Below are positions 18,743 through 27,023 of a stretch of 48,704 bases of DNA, one piece after another. This DNA comes from Dehalococcoidia bacterium (GTDB lineage Bacteria; Chloroflexota; Dehalococcoidia; DSTF01; RBG-16-68-14): positions 1 to 48,704 of the forward strand of contig JBAROU010000126.1 of NCBI GenBank assembly GCA_049642385.1, in the 5' to 3' direction. The stretch's first letter is position 1, and every line of letters starts with the position of its first letter. The position numbers were made by a program, and so were the translations under genes. Under the pieces are notes generated by a model. That model searched no databases. It had not been told where the DNA came from and saw only the letters and a program-made list of their open reading frames with translations.

Positions 18743-18832
18743 AACCTCCTCTTAGTCGCCCCCATGCGCGGCGTTTGATTCATTTGACCAACAAGAACGA
18801 ACGTTGATGCTGCTGGCGCTCTTGCGCACCTT

Positions 18833-20191
18833 ATGAACGACACCTACAGCAACTGGACCGCCGTGATCATGGCCGCGGGGCAGGGCAAGCGCATGCTCTC
18901 GTCCCTGCCGAAGGTGCTTCACCCGGTCGCAGGCCGGCCCATTGTGCGCTATGTGGTCGAGGCCGTGCGTGTGGCAGGCTTCGGGCGCTGCATCGTTGTC
19001 GTTGGGCCCAATGCCGACGACGTGCGCGAGGCGGTGGGCGGCGGTGTCACGTACGTTGTGCAGCCGGAGCCGCTGGGCACCGGTGATGCGGTCGCCCAGA
19101 CGTGCCAGGCAGCGGACGACGCCGAGCACATCCTTGCGCTCAACGGCGACGTGCCGCTGATCACTGCGGAGACGCTCGTTCGGCTCGCGCGCACGCATGA
19201 AGAGCGGAGCGCCGAGCTCTCATTCCTTACGGCGCAGCTGGAGGACGTGGGCGAATACGGCCGCGTCGTGCGAGACGGCGACGGTCGTGTGACGGGCGTC
19301 GTGGAGGCATCGGAGCGGGAGGCATCGGTTGGGCCAGCGGAGATCAACGCGGGGCAGTACTGCTTCCGCGCTGCGTGGCTCTGGCCGCGTCTCGAAACGC
19401 TGCCCAAGTCGAGTACTGGTGAGCAGTACCTGACGTCACTCGTGGAAATCGCGGTGCAGGAGGGCGCGGCGCTCCTGCCCGTCGCCGCGGACGCCGACGA
19501 AGTGCGCGGTATCAACGACCGTGCGCAGCTCGCGCAAGTCGAGGCGCTGATGAGACAGCGCATCAACCTGCGTCATATGCTCGCAGGCGTATCGATGGTC
19601 GATCCGGCGACGACGTACATCGATGCGGACGTGACGATCGGCGCGGAGACGGTGATCGAGCCGAACACGCGCCTGGGCGGGGTCACCTCTGTGGGCCAGG
19701 CGTGCCACATCGGCCCGAATGCGACCGTGCGCGCCTCGACCATTGGCGCGCGCTGCCGTATCGAGGCGTCGACCGCGGAGGAAGCGACGCTGGAGGACGA
19801 CAGCGAAGTCGGGCCGTATAGCCACTTGCGCGCGGGCGCCTACCTCAGCGAAGGCGTGCATATCGGCAACTTCGCGGAGGTGAAGAACGCCCGGCTGGGC
19901 CGCGGCGTCAAAATGGGCCACGTCAGCTACATCGGCGACGCCGAGGTGGGTGACGAGACGAATATTGGCGCGGGCACCATTACCTGCAACTTCGATGGGA
20001 TCGAGAAGCACCGCACCGTGATCGGCAAGCGCGTGTTCATCGGTAGCGACACGCTGCTCATCGCGCCGGTCAGCGTCGGCGACGGCGCGCGCACGGGCGC
20101 CGGCACGGTCGTGAACAAGGACGTGCCTGATGGGGCGCTAGCGGTCGGTTCACCTGCACGCATTGTGCGCGGCGGAGGTTCCGCGTCGTGA
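18833..20191 (+). CDS. glmU: Bifunctional UDP-N-acetylglucosamine pyrophosphorylase / glucosamine-1-phosphate N-acetyltransferase
   Basis: AVIMAAGQGKRM nucleotidyltransferase motif and C-terminal hexapeptide (LbH) repeats. Confidence 0.93.
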   Translation: MNDTYSNWTAVIMAAGQGKRMLSSLPKVLHPVAGRPIVRYVVEAVRVAGFGRCIVVVGPNADDVREAVGGGVTYVVQPEPLGTGDAVAQTCQAADDAEHILALNGDVPLITAETLVRLARTHEERSAELSFLTAQLEDVGEYGRVVRDGDGRVTGVVEASEREASVGPAEINAGQYCFRAAWLWPRLETLPKSSTGEQYLTSLVEIAVQEGAALLPVAADADEVRGINDRAQLAQVEALMRQRINLRHMLAGVSMVDPATTYIDADVTIGAETVIEPNTRLGGVTSVGQACHIGPNATVRASTIGARCRIEASTAEEATLEDDSEVGPYSHLRAGAYLSEGVHIGNFAEVKNARLGRGVKMGHVSYIGDAEVGDETNIGAGTITCNFDGIEKHRTVIGKRVFIGSDTLLIAPVSVGDGARTGAGTVVNKDVPDGALAVGSPARIVRGGGSAS

Positions 20192-21477
20192 GCGCGGACG
20201 GCTGGATAGGCATCGTCTTGCTCGCCATGGCGCTCGTCGTGCTCGTCGTGGCCACGGCGGCCGAGGCGGGCGTGGTGCTCAGCAGCCGCGCACGTGTCCA
20301 CGCGTTCGCCAGTAAGGGGCTGCCCCAGGCGGCGCCGCTCGATGCGTTTATCCAGGAGCGGCCGGCGTTGCTGGGCGCGCTCGCCGTCGCGAAGGGCGCA
20401 GCGGTGGTGTTGGGCATCGCGGTCGCCACATTCCTCGTCCTGCGCGCAACAGAGCAAACGTGGCTCGCGCTGGGCTTGACGATGGTTGTGGCGCTTGTGG
20501 CGCTCGTCGTCGTCGAAGCGGTCCCACGGCTGGCGGTCGCGCGTAGCCCGGAGCGGTGGAGTTTGCGTCTTGTGCCTGCTATCCGAGTCCTGCGCTTGCT
20601 GTTCGGCGTTCCGGCGCGCCTGCTTGACGTAACGTTTCAGGCTCTGCTCCGAGGCCGCTCAGGTGAGCGCAAGGAGGAGGCGGAGGAAGAAGACATAGAC
20701 CTATTACGTCTCGTGGAGCTGCACGAAGGCAACGGGGGCGTGGAGAACGGCGAGCTGGCAATGATCCGGCGCATCGCAAATATGGTCGACCGCGCCGTGC
20801 GTGAAATCATGGTGCCCCGCATCGACATGGTGTCGTGCGAGGCGGCCGCGTCGCTTGAGGATGTGCTGCGCCTGGTCACCGAGCGCGGCTACAGCCGGAT
20901 CCCTGTCTACGAAGAGACGATTGATAACATCATCGGCGTGGTGTACGCCAAGGACGTGCTCAAGCGCCTCGCCGATGGCCAGCGACAGATGTCCGTGCGC
21001 GAGATGGCGCGGCCACCGTACTTTGTTCCGGAAGGGAAGCACATCGACGAGCTGCTGGCGGACCTCCAGGCGAACAAAGTGCACATCGCCATCGTCGTCG
21101 ATGAGTACGGCGGCACTGCGGGCCTGGTCACTATCGAGGACGTGCTTGAGGAGATCGTGGGCGAGATTCAGGACGAGTACGACCGCGAGGAAGCGACAGT
21201 CCAGTCGCTCAATGATTCGGAGGCGATCCTGGACGCGAAAGTGAGCCTCGATGAGCTGAACGAGCTGTTCGACCTGGCAATCGAAGGAGAGGACTTCGAT
21301 ACAGTCGGAGGCTATGTATATCACCAGTTGGGCCGAATGCCCGATCCTGGTGACGAGGTGCAGGTGGACGGCTTGACGCTTCGTGTGCTCTCGACGCTGG
21401 GACGTCGCATCAAGAAGATACGCGTGACCAAGCAAGCTGTGGCGGCCGGGCACAGGCGGGAAGAGCCGGCATCCTAA
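20188..21477 (+). CDS. CNNM/HlyC/CorC family transporter (DUF21-CBS-CorC_HlyC)
   Basis: N-terminal 4-TM DUF21, CBS pair, and C-terminal CorC_HlyC domain. The GTG start overlaps the glmU TGA (GTGA). Confidence 0.88.
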   Translation: MSADGWIGIVLLAMALVVLVVATAAEAGVVLSSRARVHAFASKGLPQAAPLDAFIQERPALLGALAVAKGAAVVLGIAVATFLVLRATEQTWLALGLTMVVALVALVVVEAVPRLAVARSPERWSLRLVPAIRVLRLLFGVPARLLDVTFQALLRGRSGERKEEAEEEDIDLLRLVELHEGNGGVENGELAMIRRIANMVDRAVREIMVPRIDMVSCEAAASLEDVLRLVTERGYSRIPVYEETIDNIIGVVYAKDVLKRLADGQRQMSVREMARPPYFVPEGKHIDELLADLQANKVHIAIVVDEYGGTAGLVTIEDVLEEIVGEIQDEYDREEATVQSLNDSEAILDAKVSLDELNELFDLAIEGEDFDTVGGYVYHQLGRMPDPGDEVQVDGLTLRVLSTLGRRIKKIRVTKQAVAAGHRREEPAS

Positions 21478-21537
21478 CACCAAGCACATTCGATCGAGAC
21501 GTTCGCAGGTCGTTTCCCATCCAGGGGTGGCGCTTGC

Positions 21538-22689
21538 ATGACCTTAGACACAGATGTGCTAGAATGGCCGGACGTGGATAGGAACGAGCTTCAGTACTGG
21601 GTAGCGCTGGCGCGCGTGCCGCAGATAGGGCGGGCGCGCTTCTCGCTGTTAGAGAGCCGTTTCGGCTCGATGGAGGAGGCCTGGAAGGCGAGTCCGACTG
21701 GCCTTCAGGATGCCGGTCTGACCGGCGCCGCGCTGTCTGCGCTGCTGGCTGCTCGAGATGGTATTTCGCCGGAAGCGGAACTCGAGAAGCTAGACCGGCT
21801 GGGCGTGAAGGCTCTCGCCTGGCCCGACGAGGCCTACCCTGCGCGCTTGAAGGAGATCTACGATCGGCCGCCTGTTCTCTACGTTCGAGGCGAGCTGACG
21901 GCGGCTGATGAGTGGGCCGTTGCGCTCGTCGGGACGCGGCGGGCGACAGCGTACGGGCGTCAGGCGGCGGAAGAGCTGGCGCTGGGCCTCGCTCGGAACG
22001 GCGTTACGGTCGTGAGCGGCCTCGCCCGCGGAATCGACTCGATCGGCCATCGAGCGGCGCTGGAGGCTGGAGGGCGGACACTGGCGGTGCTTGCTTGCGG
22101 GCTCGACCTCGTTTACCCTCCTGAGAACCTGCGACTGGCGCAAGACGTGCGCGAACGGGGGGCGCTGATCAGCGATTATCCGCTTGGCACGCAGCCGCGC
22201 AGTGAGTACTTCCCCCGCCGGAACCGGATCATGGTTGGCCTGAGCCTGGGCGTCCTGGTCGTCGAGGGTGACCTGAAAAGCGGGGCGCTGATCACGGCCC
22301 GCCAGGCGTTGGACGAGAACCGAGAGGTGTTCGCGGTGCCGGGAAGTATCTACTCGCCTACGTATCGAGGCGCGAACTGGCTGATCCAGCACGGCCAGGC
22401 GAAGCTGGTGACGAGGGTGGAGGATGTGCTCGAGGAGCTGAACCTAACGATGGCTGAGCAGCAGATGGAGGCCAAGGAGCTCCTGCCGGCCGATGAGACG
22501 GAAGCTCGCCTATTGCGAATCATCTCCGCAGAGCCGATACATATTGACGATGTACGGCGAGAGAGCGGCATGCCTATCGATAGCGTCAGCAGCGCACTTG
22601 CTATGCTGGAGCTAAAGGGCATGGTTCGTGAGGTTGGTAACATGAACTACGTGAAGGCCCGCGATGTGCGGGTATCGTATGGAGCGTAA
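21538..22689 (+). CDS. dprA: DNA processing protein DprA (Smf)
   Basis: Rossmann-like DprA core (GLARGIDSIGHRAALEAGG, LACGLD, FPRRNRI) plus a C-terminal winged-helix-like tail. Confidence 0.9.
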   Translation: MTLDTDVLEWPDVDRNELQYWVALARVPQIGRARFSLLESRFGSMEEAWKASPTGLQDAGLTGAALSALLAARDGISPEAELEKLDRLGVKALAWPDEAYPARLKEIYDRPPVLYVRGELTAADEWAVALVGTRRATAYGRQAAEELALGLARNGVTVVSGLARGIDSIGHRAALEAGGRTLAVLACGLDLVYPPENLRLAQDVRERGALISDYPLGTQPRSEYFPRRNRIMVGLSLGVLVVEGDLKSGALITARQALDENREVFAVPGSIYSPTYRGANWLIQHGQAKLVTRVEDVLEELNLTMAEQQMEAKELLPADETEARLLRIISAEPIHIDDVRRESGMPIDSVSSALAMLELKGMVREVGNMNYVKARDVRVSYGA

Positions 22690-22690
22690 G

Positions 22691-24988
22691 GTGGCAAAAG
22701 GTAACAGCAAGAAGAAACATCTCGTCATCGTCGAGTCACCGGCGAAGGCGCGTACGCTGTCGAATATTTTGGGTGCGGAGTATGACATCCGCGCTTCGGT
22801 CGGCCACGTGCGCGATTTGCCGAAGTCACGGCTCGGCGTCGACGTGGAAGACGGGTTCGCCCCACGCTACCTGATCCCGAAGGAGAAGCGTGAGATAGTG
22901 AAAGATATCCGCAAAGCGGCGGAAAAAGCTGACCGGATCTATCTGGCGACAGACCCTGACCGCGAGGGCGAGGCGATCTCGTGGCACCTGGTGGAGGCGG
23001 CGGAGCTAGAAGACCGTCCCCACGAGCGGGTGGTCTTCCACGAAATCACGCCGGAGGCCGTTCGTGAGGCGTTCGAGCATCCGCGGCCAATCGATCTACA
23101 CCTGGTCGACGCGCAGCAGGCGCGGCGCGTGCTCGACCGGCTCGTCGGCTATCAGGTGAGCCCGATCCTCTGGCAGAAGATCCGGCGGGGGCTCTCGGCT
23201 GGCCGCGTGCAATCGGTCGCGCTGCGCATGGTGGTGGAGCGCGAGCGTGAGGTCCAAGCCTTCACGCCCGAAGAGTATTGGACGATCGATGTCGACCTGG
23301 CTCAGGCGCAGCAGGACGGCAAGCCGTTCACCACACGCTTCGTCGGGCCTGTCGGCAAGAAGAAGGCGTCGATCGGCGACAAGGACGAGGCCGAACGTCT
23401 CACCGGGCTATTGCGCTCGGCGGCGCACAACGTGGCTGAGCTGAAGGCGCGTCCGCAGACGCGCCGCCCGGCGCCGCCCTTTACGACAAGCACGCTCCAG
23501 CAGGAGGCATCGCGGCGCTTCGGCTTCACGGCCAAGCGCACAATGGCCGTTGCCCAGCAATTGTATGAGGGCGTCGAGTTGCCTGGCGCCGGGCAGGTCG
23601 GCCTGATCACCTATATGCGCACCGACTCGACAAACATCGCCGAGTCGGCGAAACAGGAGGCGCGCGGCTACATTGCGAGCCGTTTCGGCGGCGATTTCGT
23701 GCCCAGCCAAGCGCGCGTCTACAAGACCAAGGGCAAGCGCGCGCAGGAGGCGCACGAGGCGGTCCGCCCGACGTCCGTGGGACGCGAGCCGCAGTCACTA
23801 CGCAATACGCTCAGCCGAGACCAGTTGCGTCTCTACACGCTCATCTGGCAGCGCTTCGTCGCGTGCCAGATGGCCGATGCGATCTTCGACCTGACGACCG
23901 TGGAGGTCCACGCGCAGCCGGTGGATGGCTCGGAAGCGCTACTTCTGCGCGCGAGCGAAAGCGTGATGCGCTTCCCCGGCTTCCGTCAGCTGTACGAAGA
24001 ATCGCGTGATGACGAGAACACGGAGGAGCTGGAGGCGCACGGCTTGCCCGAGCTGACGGCTGGCGAGGCGCTCCGCTTCGTTGAGCTACGCCCGGACCAG
24101 CACTTCACAGAGCCTCCGCCCCGCTTCACAGAAGCGACGCTGGTGAAGGCGTTGGAGGAGAACGGTATCGGTCGGCCGAGTACCTACGCGCCGATCCTCT
24201 CGACGATCCAGGACCGTGGCTACGTGCAAAAGGACGGCCGTGCGCTGGTGCCGCAGGAGCTAGGGTTCATCGTGAACGACCTGCTTATCGAGCACTTCCC
24301 GAAGGTGTTCGACGTAAGCTTCACCGCCGAGATGGAGGAGGAGCTGGATGAGGTCGCCCGCGGCGAACGTCCATGGGAGCCAGTGGTGCGCCAGTTCTAC
24401 AACCCGCTAGAGACCGCGCTCGAGTCGGCGAAGGCGGCGCCTCGAGTTGAAGAGAAGACCGACGAGGAGTGCGAGAAGTGCGGGCAGGGTATGATCATCC
24501 GCTGGGGCCGCTTCGGCAAGTTCCTGGCGTGCTCCGGCTTCCCTGAGTGCCGCAACACCCAACCGATCGACAAGGATGAAATCGAGGCGGAGAAAACGGA
24601 CGAAAAGTGCGAGCTGTGCGACGCACCTATGGCGCTGAAGCGGGGTCGCTACGGTCGGTTCCTGGCCTGCTCGCGCTATCCGGACTGCAAGGGCACGAAG
24701 AAGCTGCTGACCAAGGTGGGCGTCGACTGCCCGAAGTGCGGTGGCGACATCGTGGAGAAGCGCACGAAGCGAGCACGCACGTTCTACGGCTGCGCGACAT
24801 ACCCCAAGTGCGATTTCACAAGCTGGTCGCGTCCGCTGTCCGAGCCGTGCTCTCAGTGCGGTGGGCTGATCGTCGCAGCCGGCCGCGCCCGTAACGACGG
24901 CAGCATGAACGCGCGTTGCACCCAGTGCGAGTGGAAGGGTCCGGTTCAGCCCGAAGAGGAGCGCGAGCTGGCGGCCGCGTCGGCTTAG
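22691..24988 (+). CDS. topA: DNA topoisomerase I
   Basis: Toprim VIVESPAKA, active-site Tyr region GLITYMRTDS, several C-terminal CxxC...CxxC zinc ribbons. GTG 22691 is preferred (GGAG 6 nt upstream); ATG 22679 is also possible. Confidence 0.92.
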   Translation: MAKGNSKKKHLVIVESPAKARTLSNILGAEYDIRASVGHVRDLPKSRLGVDVEDGFAPRYLIPKEKREIVKDIRKAAEKADRIYLATDPDREGEAISWHLVEAAELEDRPHERVVFHEITPEAVREAFEHPRPIDLHLVDAQQARRVLDRLVGYQVSPILWQKIRRGLSAGRVQSVALRMVVEREREVQAFTPEEYWTIDVDLAQAQQDGKPFTTRFVGPVGKKKASIGDKDEAERLTGLLRSAAHNVAELKARPQTRRPAPPFTTSTLQQEASRRFGFTAKRTMAVAQQLYEGVELPGAGQVGLITYMRTDSTNIAESAKQEARGYIASRFGGDFVPSQARVYKTKGKRAQEAHEAVRPTSVGREPQSLRNTLSRDQLRLYTLIWQRFVACQMADAIFDLTTVEVHAQPVDGSEALLLRASESVMRFPGFRQLYEESRDDENTEELEAHGLPELTAGEALRFVELRPDQHFTEPPPRFTEATLVKALEENGIGRPSTYAPILSTIQDRGYVQKDGRALVPQELGFIVNDLLIEHFPKVFDVSFTAEMEEELDEVARGERPWEPVVRQFYNPLETALESAKAAPRVEEKTDEECEKCGQGMIIRWGRFGKFLACSGFPECRNTQPIDKDEIEAEKTDEKCELCDAPMALKRGRYGRFLACSRYPDCKGTKKLLTKVGVDCPKCGGDIVEKRTKRARTFYGCATYPKCDFTSWSRPLSEPCSQCGGLIVAAGRARNDGSMNARCTQCEWKGPVQPEEERELAAASA

Positions 24989-25042
24989 TGAAGTTTTCGA
25001 CAGCACCACCGAAGGATGTCGGCGGCTCTCGGAGCTAGCAAG

Positions 25043-26011
25043 ATGACGATCGCAGCGGCTAGGGAAGGCCGCAAGGAACGCAGCGAAGCCGACGGACTGC
25101 TGGCTCGCTATCTGGCAACGCTCTCCGCAGAGAAAAACCTCTCGACTTTCACACTACGCAACTATGCCGGCGACCTGCGCCCCTTCTTTGACTTTCTAGA
25201 CGAACGGGACATCGATGTCCGCGCCCTCGAGCGGCCGCTGGTCCGTGCGTACCTCTCGACGCTCGTTGACGCCGGCCTTGCCTCCGCGAGCATCACGCGC
25301 AAGGTGAGCACATTGCGCTCGTTCTACCGCTACTTGCGCAGCGAGGGCGTGATAGAGAGCGACCCGATGCTTGGCGTGCGCGGGCCGCGAAGGGAGCGCC
25401 GTCTCCCCAAATTCTTGACGCAGGAGCAGATCGATACGCTGATTGCCGCTGCGGACGGCGATGAACCCGCTCAGCTCCGCAACCGCGCGACCCTGGAGCT
25501 GCTCTACGCCTCTGGCTTGCGCGTGAGCGAGGTCGTTGGGCTGGACGTAACGAGTGTCGACCTGCACGACCGCACCGTGCGCGTGTTCGGGAAGGGCGCG
25601 CGCGAGCGCATGGTGCTGATGGGGCGACCTGCCGCGCGCGCGGTCGAGCGCTACCTGGCGGACGGCCGCCCGGCGCTCGGGCATAAGCCGGAGGTCGCGC
25701 TGCTCCTCAATCGCGATGGGACGAGACTATCGCAGCGCGCGGTGCAGCTCATGGTGCGCAAATGCGCTGTTGTGGCGGGCCTAGACCGTTCAGTGCATCC
25801 GCACCTGCTGCGCCACACGTTCGCCACGCACTTGCTCGAAGGCGGCGCGGAGCTGCGCGTGGTGCAGACACTGCTCGGCCACGCAAGTGTGAACACGACG
25901 CAGATATACACTCACGTAACGGAGTCGTCGAAACGCAAGGCGATCGATGAGGCGCTGGACGGCATCGCCCGCATCGAGGAGGCGCGGCGGGCCGAGCGGA
26001 GTGGCGGCTAA
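25043..26011 (+). CDS. xerC: Tyrosine recombinase XerC/XerD family
   Basis: Catalytic region LRHTFATHLL...LGHASVNTTQIYTH. Conserved dprA-topA-xerC neighbourhood. Start at ATG 25043 (GGAG 8 nt upstream). Confidence 0.85.
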   Translation: MTIAAAREGRKERSEADGLLARYLATLSAEKNLSTFTLRNYAGDLRPFFDFLDERDIDVRALERPLVRAYLSTLVDAGLASASITRKVSTLRSFYRYLRSEGVIESDPMLGVRGPRRERRLPKFLTQEQIDTLIAAADGDEPAQLRNRATLELLYASGLRVSEVVGLDVTSVDLHDRTVRVFGKGARERMVLMGRPAARAVERYLADGRPALGHKPEVALLLNRDGTRLSQRAVQLMVRKCAVVAGLDRSVHPHLLRHTFATHLLEGGAELRVVQTLLGHASVNTTQIYTHVTESSKRKAIDEALDGIARIEEARRAERSGG

Positions 26012-26706
26012 CCGGCGTCTTCGGCCACCCGGAAACCGTAGTCGTTGTAGCGAAAGGTGGGGTCCAGGCTGCTGCGGGCGGCGCAGCGGCTGACCTTTAC
26101 TTGATGGCGCCAGGCGCCACCGCGGGAGGCGCGGCGCTTGCCCGTCGCTGGGCCTTGCGGGTCGCGCTCCGGTGAGTGGGCGTAGTACGCGGCGTCGTAC
26201 CAGTCCGAGCACCACTCGTGGACGTTGTAGCCGATGTCGCGCAGCCCGTAGCCGTTCGCGGCGGATTGACCAACGGGTCGCGGGGCTTCCTGGTCGAAGC
26301 GACCGTTGGCCTCGCCCGGGTCGTCGCCCCATGGGTAACGCGCTCCTTCGACGCCGCCCTGCGCGGCTTTCTCGCGTTCAGCTTCGGTGGGCAGGCGGAA
26401 GCGCCGTCCGGTCAGTGAGGAGAGCCACTCGCAGTAGGCGACGGCGTCGAACCACGTCGCACCCACGACCGGCTGATCGGGCGCATTGAAGCGCGAGTCG
26501 TCCCAGAAGCGCGGTTGCTCGTGCTCGGTCGCATCGAGGAACGCGGCGTAGTCGCCGTTCGTGACGGGAAGGAGCGCCACGCGAAACGCGCTCAGCCAGA
26601 CGCGGTGCGCCGGGGCTTCGTCCGGCAGGCCGCCGTCGCTGCCCATGATGCACGACCCCGGGGGGATGAGCGCGGTGTCGACGTCGATAACGGGATGCGT
26701 CGTCAC
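26008..26706 (-). CDS. FGE-sulfatase fold (SUMF1/EgtB/PvdO family) protein
   Basis: VTNGDYAAF, RLPTEAEREKAA, GYGLRDIGYNVHEWCSDWY and RGGAWRH motifs. Lacks the paired catalytic Cys of true formylglycine-generating enzymes. Confidence 0.8.
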   Translation of the reverse strand: MTTHPVIDVDTALIPPGSCIMGSDGGLPDEAPAHRVWLSAFRVALLPVTNGDYAAFLDATEHEQPRFWDDSRFNAPDQPVVGATWFDAVAYCEWLSSLTGRRFRLPTEAEREKAAQGGVEGARYPWGDDPGEANGRFDQEAPRPVGQSAANGYGLRDIGYNVHEWCSDWYDAAYYAHSPERDPQGPATGKRRASRGGAWRHQVKVSRCAARSSLDPTFRYNDYGFRVAEDAG

Positions 26707-26755
26707 GGCGTGATTCTACCACGCGCTGTTTAGCGACGCGTTGAAGGAAGCAGGC

Positions 26756-26764
26756 TGGTATACT
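26756..26764 (+). promoter_or_regulatory. Candidate extended -10 promoter TGGTATACT for the tRNA
   Basis: CTGGTATACTC lies about 28 nt upstream of the tRNA 5' end. The identical word is found upstream of purA. Confidence 0.4.
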
Positions 26765-26791
26765 CATTGATGGCCCGAGCCGTCGCCTCGT

Positions 26792-26866
26792 GGCAGCGTA
26801 GCTCAGTGGCAGAGCAGTCGGCTCATAATCGACGGGTCGGAGGTTCGAATCCTCCCGCTGCTACCA
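26792..26866 (+). tRNA. tRNA with CAT anticodon (Met elongator, or Ile2 if lysidinylated), CCA encoded
   Basis: Hand-folded cloverleaf: GGCAGCG TA GCTC AGTGGCA GAGC A GTCGG CTCATAA TCGAC GGGTC GGAGG TTCGAAT CCTCC CGCTGCT A CCA. It has a G1-U72 wobble and lacks the initiator features (3 GC pairs in the anticodon stem). Confidence 0.9.
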
Positions 26867-26881
26867 AGAGCGCATCGATGA

Positions 26882-26907
26882 GTCCCCGCTGGAGGCGGGG
26901 GCTTTTT
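26882..26907 (+). terminator. Rho-independent terminator after the tRNA
   Basis: GTCCCCGC / GCGGGGGC stem with a 5-nt loop, followed by TTTTT. Confidence 0.6.
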
Positions 26908-26942
26908 CCGTGCGCGGCATACTCGCTCGTGGGAGGCGCTTC

Positions 26943-26951
26943 TGGTATACT
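26943..26951 (+). promoter_or_regulatory. Candidate extended -10 promoter TGGTATACT for purA
   Basis: TGGTATACT lies 72 nt upstream of the purA ATG and is flanked by two more (C/T)ATACTC boxes. Confidence 0.35.
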
Positions 26952-26997
26952 CGCCGCTGGGCCAGAAGCCCATACTCCAGGTTCACGAAAGGAGCAT

Positions 26998-27018
26998 GCG
27001 CCCCGACGTTCGGGGCGC
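26998..27018 (+). promoter_or_regulatory. GC-rich hairpin abutting the purA start codon
   Basis: GCGCCCCG-ACGTT-CGGGGCGC, an 8-bp perfect stem ending 5 nt before ATG 27024. Confidence 0.3.
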
Positions 27019-27023
27019 GCACT

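Noticed and set aside
18573-18755. 60-aa ORF in the glmU upstream region; also an AGCCACT word resembling a B12 box and a GACGA...ATCG stretch vaguely resembling the glmS ribozyme core
   Set aside because: The ORF start lies inside the promoter spacer and the peptide looks non-coding. The B12-box-like word lacks the rest of the cobalamin riboswitch. In the glmS-like stretch, C-runs replace the conserved G-runs, and the downstream gene is glmU, not glmS.
25043-26866. Tyrosine recombinase close to a tRNA gene, a possible genomic-island integrase and attachment site
   Set aside because: The recombinase is XerC/D-like and sits in the conserved housekeeping dprA-topA-xerC arrangement. An FGE-like gene lies between it and the tRNA. 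I saw no direct repeat of the tRNA 3' end and no phage or mobile genes.
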